DNA of 64,000 bases from an uncultured Deinococcaceae bacterium. Its GTDB lineage: Bacteria; Deinococcota; Deinococci; Deinococcales; Deinococcaceae. How positions within the stretch are numbered: the first letter of the stretch is position 1; each line of letters opens with the position of its first letter. The stretch lies in the NCBI GenBank assembly GCA_964252075.1, contig CAXULY010000019.1, forward strand, positions 30,221 through 94,220. The letters run 5' to 3'. A program made the position numbers and the translations under genes. The notes under the pieces were generated by a model. It was given only the letters and a program-made list of their open reading frames with translations, had not been told where the DNA came from and ran no database searches. Of this stretch, positions 61,681 through 64,000 are shown piece by piece.

Positions 61681-62253
61681 ATGACCCAGACCACTGCACG
61701 TCCCGCCTCCACCCAGACCCCGCGCACCATTCACAACAAGATTCAGCGCGACACCGTCACCTTCCTGACCCGCACCGACGGCACCTGCGACACCTTCGTC
61801 GAAGTTGAACTGGCCCCCGGTGGCGGCACGCCCCTGCACACCCACACCACCTACGCGGAGCACTTCACCTGCCTGCAGGGCACGCTGGGGTTGCACCTGA
61901 ACGGGCGGGAGATCGCACTCCAGCCGGGCGAATCGGCCACCGTGCCGATCGGCGCGGTGCACCGCTTTTACAACGCCACCGAGGCCATGACGGTCTTCCG
62001 CGCGGTCATCGCGCCCGGCCACCGGGGCTTTGAGCAGAGCCTGATCCTCAATTACGGGCTGGTGGACGATGACCGCACCACCGCGGCGGGCATGCCCAAG
62101 AGCCTGCTGCACCTGGCGTTGCTGGCGGACCTGTGCGACGTTCGGCTGGTGGGCCGCATGGCCGTCATGAACCCGGTGATCGGCCTGCTGGCGCGGGTGG
62201 CGCGCCGCCGTGGCCTGCTGGACGAGTTGATTCAGCGCTACGACCCCGCTTGA
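61681..62253 (+). CDS. Cupin domain protein
   Basis: PLHTHTTYAEHF, VPIGAVHRFYN; RBS AAGGAG. Confidence 0.9.
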   Translation: MTQTTARPASTQTPRTIHNKIQRDTVTFLTRTDGTCDTFVEVELAPGGGTPLHTHTTYAEHFTCLQGTLGLHLNGREIALQPGESATVPIGAVHRFYNATEAMTVFRAVIAPGHRGFEQSLILNYGLVDDDRTTAAGMPKSLLHLALLADLCDVRLVGRMAVMNPVIGLLARVARRRGLLDELIQRYDPA

Positions 62254-62286
62254 GCAAGCACGTCGATGGCCCTTCGAGGGGCCGTG

Positions 62287-62318
62287 CAGAGAGGCCGGAC
62301 CCTGGTCCGGCCTCTCTG
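62287..62318. terminator. Hairpin between convergent genes
   Basis: CAGAGAGGCCGGAC-CCTG-GTCCGGCCTCTCTG, 14-bp stem. Confidence 0.65.
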
Positions 62319-62478
62319 TCGTGTGGGCCAACCCGGCATTCCAGACCCTTCCCCAGCCATCTCAGCACGCCCGCATGAAGGGCCTTGAGGCGCGGCCGGA
62401 CGGGCGCCCCAGTCGGCTGTGACACGCAGGGTCCCCAAATCGCCTCGTGCTCTTCGCGCGCGGTCCAGCCGTGCGCGC

Positions 62479-62769
62479 TCACGCCTGCACCTCTGCGGGG
62501 ATCTCGGTCAGTGGCTCCGCGCCGTTCAGGCCGACGGTGTCGTGCCGCTGGCGCCAGCGGCGCGGCTCCTCGGAGCGCGTGAGGAGCTGGTCGGTGGTGT
62601 TCGTGGTGTGCGCCACGCCGCCCTGCAGGCGCTTCACGACGCTGGTGCGGACGGCCGTGCCGTCCGGGAGACGCGGGTGGCCCTGCACGAAGCCACTGAG
62701 GGTGAGGTTGCCCGCCACGGTGCGCCACAGCGCCCATTGATCCAGCGTGGAGAGGGGAGCGCCTGTCAT
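62479..62769 (-). CDS. Small hypothetical protein (GHPRLPDG motif)
   Basis: Coupled (ATGA) to the upstream HTH gene; LSGFVQGHPRLPDGTAVRTS. Confidence 0.6.
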   Translation of the reverse strand: MTGAPLSTLDQWALWRTVAGNLTLSGFVQGHPRLPDGTAVRTSVVKRLQGGVAHTTNTTDQLLTRSEEPRRWRQRHDTVGLNGAEPLTEIPAEVQA

Positions 62770-63353
62770 GCGGCCCTCCGGCGGGGGCGGCGGCGTGTAA
62801 CTTCACCCTGCGCGAGGTGGTCGTACAGGATCGCCTCCGGGTGGCTCGTCACGCGCTTGGCGGGCTCCGGGTCCACGAAGGTGGTGGCCACCGGTACCTG
62901 ATACACGACGGTCGCGCCGATGGACGTGGCCTGCAGGCGCCCCTCGACCGTCAAGGCCTTGCAAGTCTCCCGGACCTCCGCCACCCGCGCCCCGAGGCGC
63001 GCGGCGAGGCTGCTGGGGAGTTCGCCGCTGTGCGCGACGGCCGCCAGGATGGGCGCGACCAGCGCGGGCCGCACCAGGGCCTCGTCAACGCGGACGTCGA
63101 TGAGTTCCCAGGTGAGGCGGCGCTTCTGGCCGCCAGCGCTGGACATCGCCCGCACGAAACCGCGCGCTTGCAGGTCCTCCAGCCACAGCGCGGCGGTCGC
63201 CTGCGACGAGCCCAGCTCGCGCGCAAGGAGGCCGGTGCCGAGCGGCCCGCGCTCACGCAGCACCGCGAGGACGCGGGCGTCCTGCTCGGGCGTGTCGGTG
63301 CGCTTCATGACCTGCCCATTGAGGGTGAAGTGATGGAATGATCCGACGCTCAT
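62766..63353 (-). CDS. Tandem winged-helix DNA-binding protein
   Basis: VLAVLRERGPLGTGLLARELG...LEDLQARGFV and a second HTH-like segment SSLAARLG...LTVEGRL; RBS AAGGAG. Confidence 0.7.
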   Translation of the reverse strand: MSVGSFHHFTLNGQVMKRTDTPEQDARVLAVLRERGPLGTGLLARELGSSQATAALWLEDLQARGFVRAMSSAGGQKRRLTWELIDVRVDEALVRPALVAPILAAVAHSGELPSSLAARLGARVAEVRETCKALTVEGRLQATSIGATVVYQVPVATTFVDPEPAKRVTSHPEAILYDHLAQGEVTRRRPRRRAA

Positions 63354-63596
63354 GCGGTCTCCTTGAGAGAAAAAGGCGGGGGGTGGGCGGGCAGGGCAAC
63401 GTCACGCCTGCACCCCTGCGTGCAGGCGCTGCACAGGTGTGCCGCATTCCGGGGGACGCCCCATCGCACGTGCCGACCTCGGTGTGGCCTTCAGCGTGGC
63501 CTGCGTTCCCCCGCATTGCGGACGTCCAGAGGGGAAACCCAGCCCAGCGCAAAGTGGGCATGGTCAGCGTGGTGCTCCAGATACACTGCCCTTCGA

Positions 63597-63830
63597 ATGA
63601 CGATCGAAGCCGCACTGCTGAAGGTGTTCCCGCCTGGAGTCGTGGGCCTGAAAGACCTCCTGGCGCTGCTGCCTCCGCAGGTCAACGTGAAGTCGGCGAC
63701 CAGTCAGGTGCGATCGATGGCGGCGGCGCGGTTGGTCCGCAGCTGTGGGCGTGGACGCTATGAGCTGACCGCGTCGGGACGGCAGGCGCAGCGGCAGGCC
63801 GCTCCGGAATGGACCAGCAGGGCCACCTGA
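63597..63830 (+). CDS. Small winged-helix-like protein
   Basis: MTIEAALL...LVRSCGRGRYELTASG wing motif; TACACT upstream. Confidence 0.55.
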   Translation: MTIEAALLKVFPPGVVGLKDLLALLPPQVNVKSATSQVRSMAAARLVRSCGRGRYELTASGRQAQRQAAPEWTSRAT

Positions 63831-64000
63831 CTTTGCGCGCCTCTGCGATCCTCGCGTGGCGCGCGGGGTTCGCCCCCCGCTTCGAAGCCCACCGGCTGGG
63901 CACACGCACCTGAGCGGGCGCTTCACCTGCATTTCAAACGCCGAATGCTGTGATGGGCAGATGCCCTGGCCACGACTGCACGTTCTGATCGCCCTCCTGC

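Overview
A very GC-rich bacterial window. It is probably Deinococcus (inferred from BTAD-ATPase-TPR regulators, a PRC/DUF2382 protein, NucS and many leaderless TAnnnT-N5-7-ATG starts) and probably accessory or secondary-replicon DNA. No rRNA, tRNA, CRISPR array, integrase or intact IS was seen. In order it contains: (1) an AraC-controlled carbohydrate locus (FGGY kinase, unclassified glycosidase-like protein, DUF4432 epimerase, Opp/Dpp-family ABC transporter); (2) ltrA and a SIMPL protein; (3) a coupled operon of hypothetical, orphan ParB-like, Cys/His protein and MoxR-type AAA+ ATPase (in-frame amber stop), whose likely HExxH-vWA partner lies about 12 kb downstream past a hydrolase/MFS/regulator/secreted-protein block; (4) nucS and a PRC/DUF2382-membrane-DUF937 cluster; (5) a LacI, sugar ABC and GH39 locus; (6) a TetR module with a double-palindrome operator; (7) decayed small ORFs resembling a mobile-element backbone; (8) a BTAD/STAND regulator flanked by three genes whose promoters share an 11-bp-periodic direct repeat exactly 10 bp upstream of a -10-like hexamer. 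The most interesting signals are this regulon motif, the split ParB-MoxR-vWA module, the orphan glycosidase-like enzyme and a pair of small leaderless paralogs. All calls come from reading the sequence; no searches were run.
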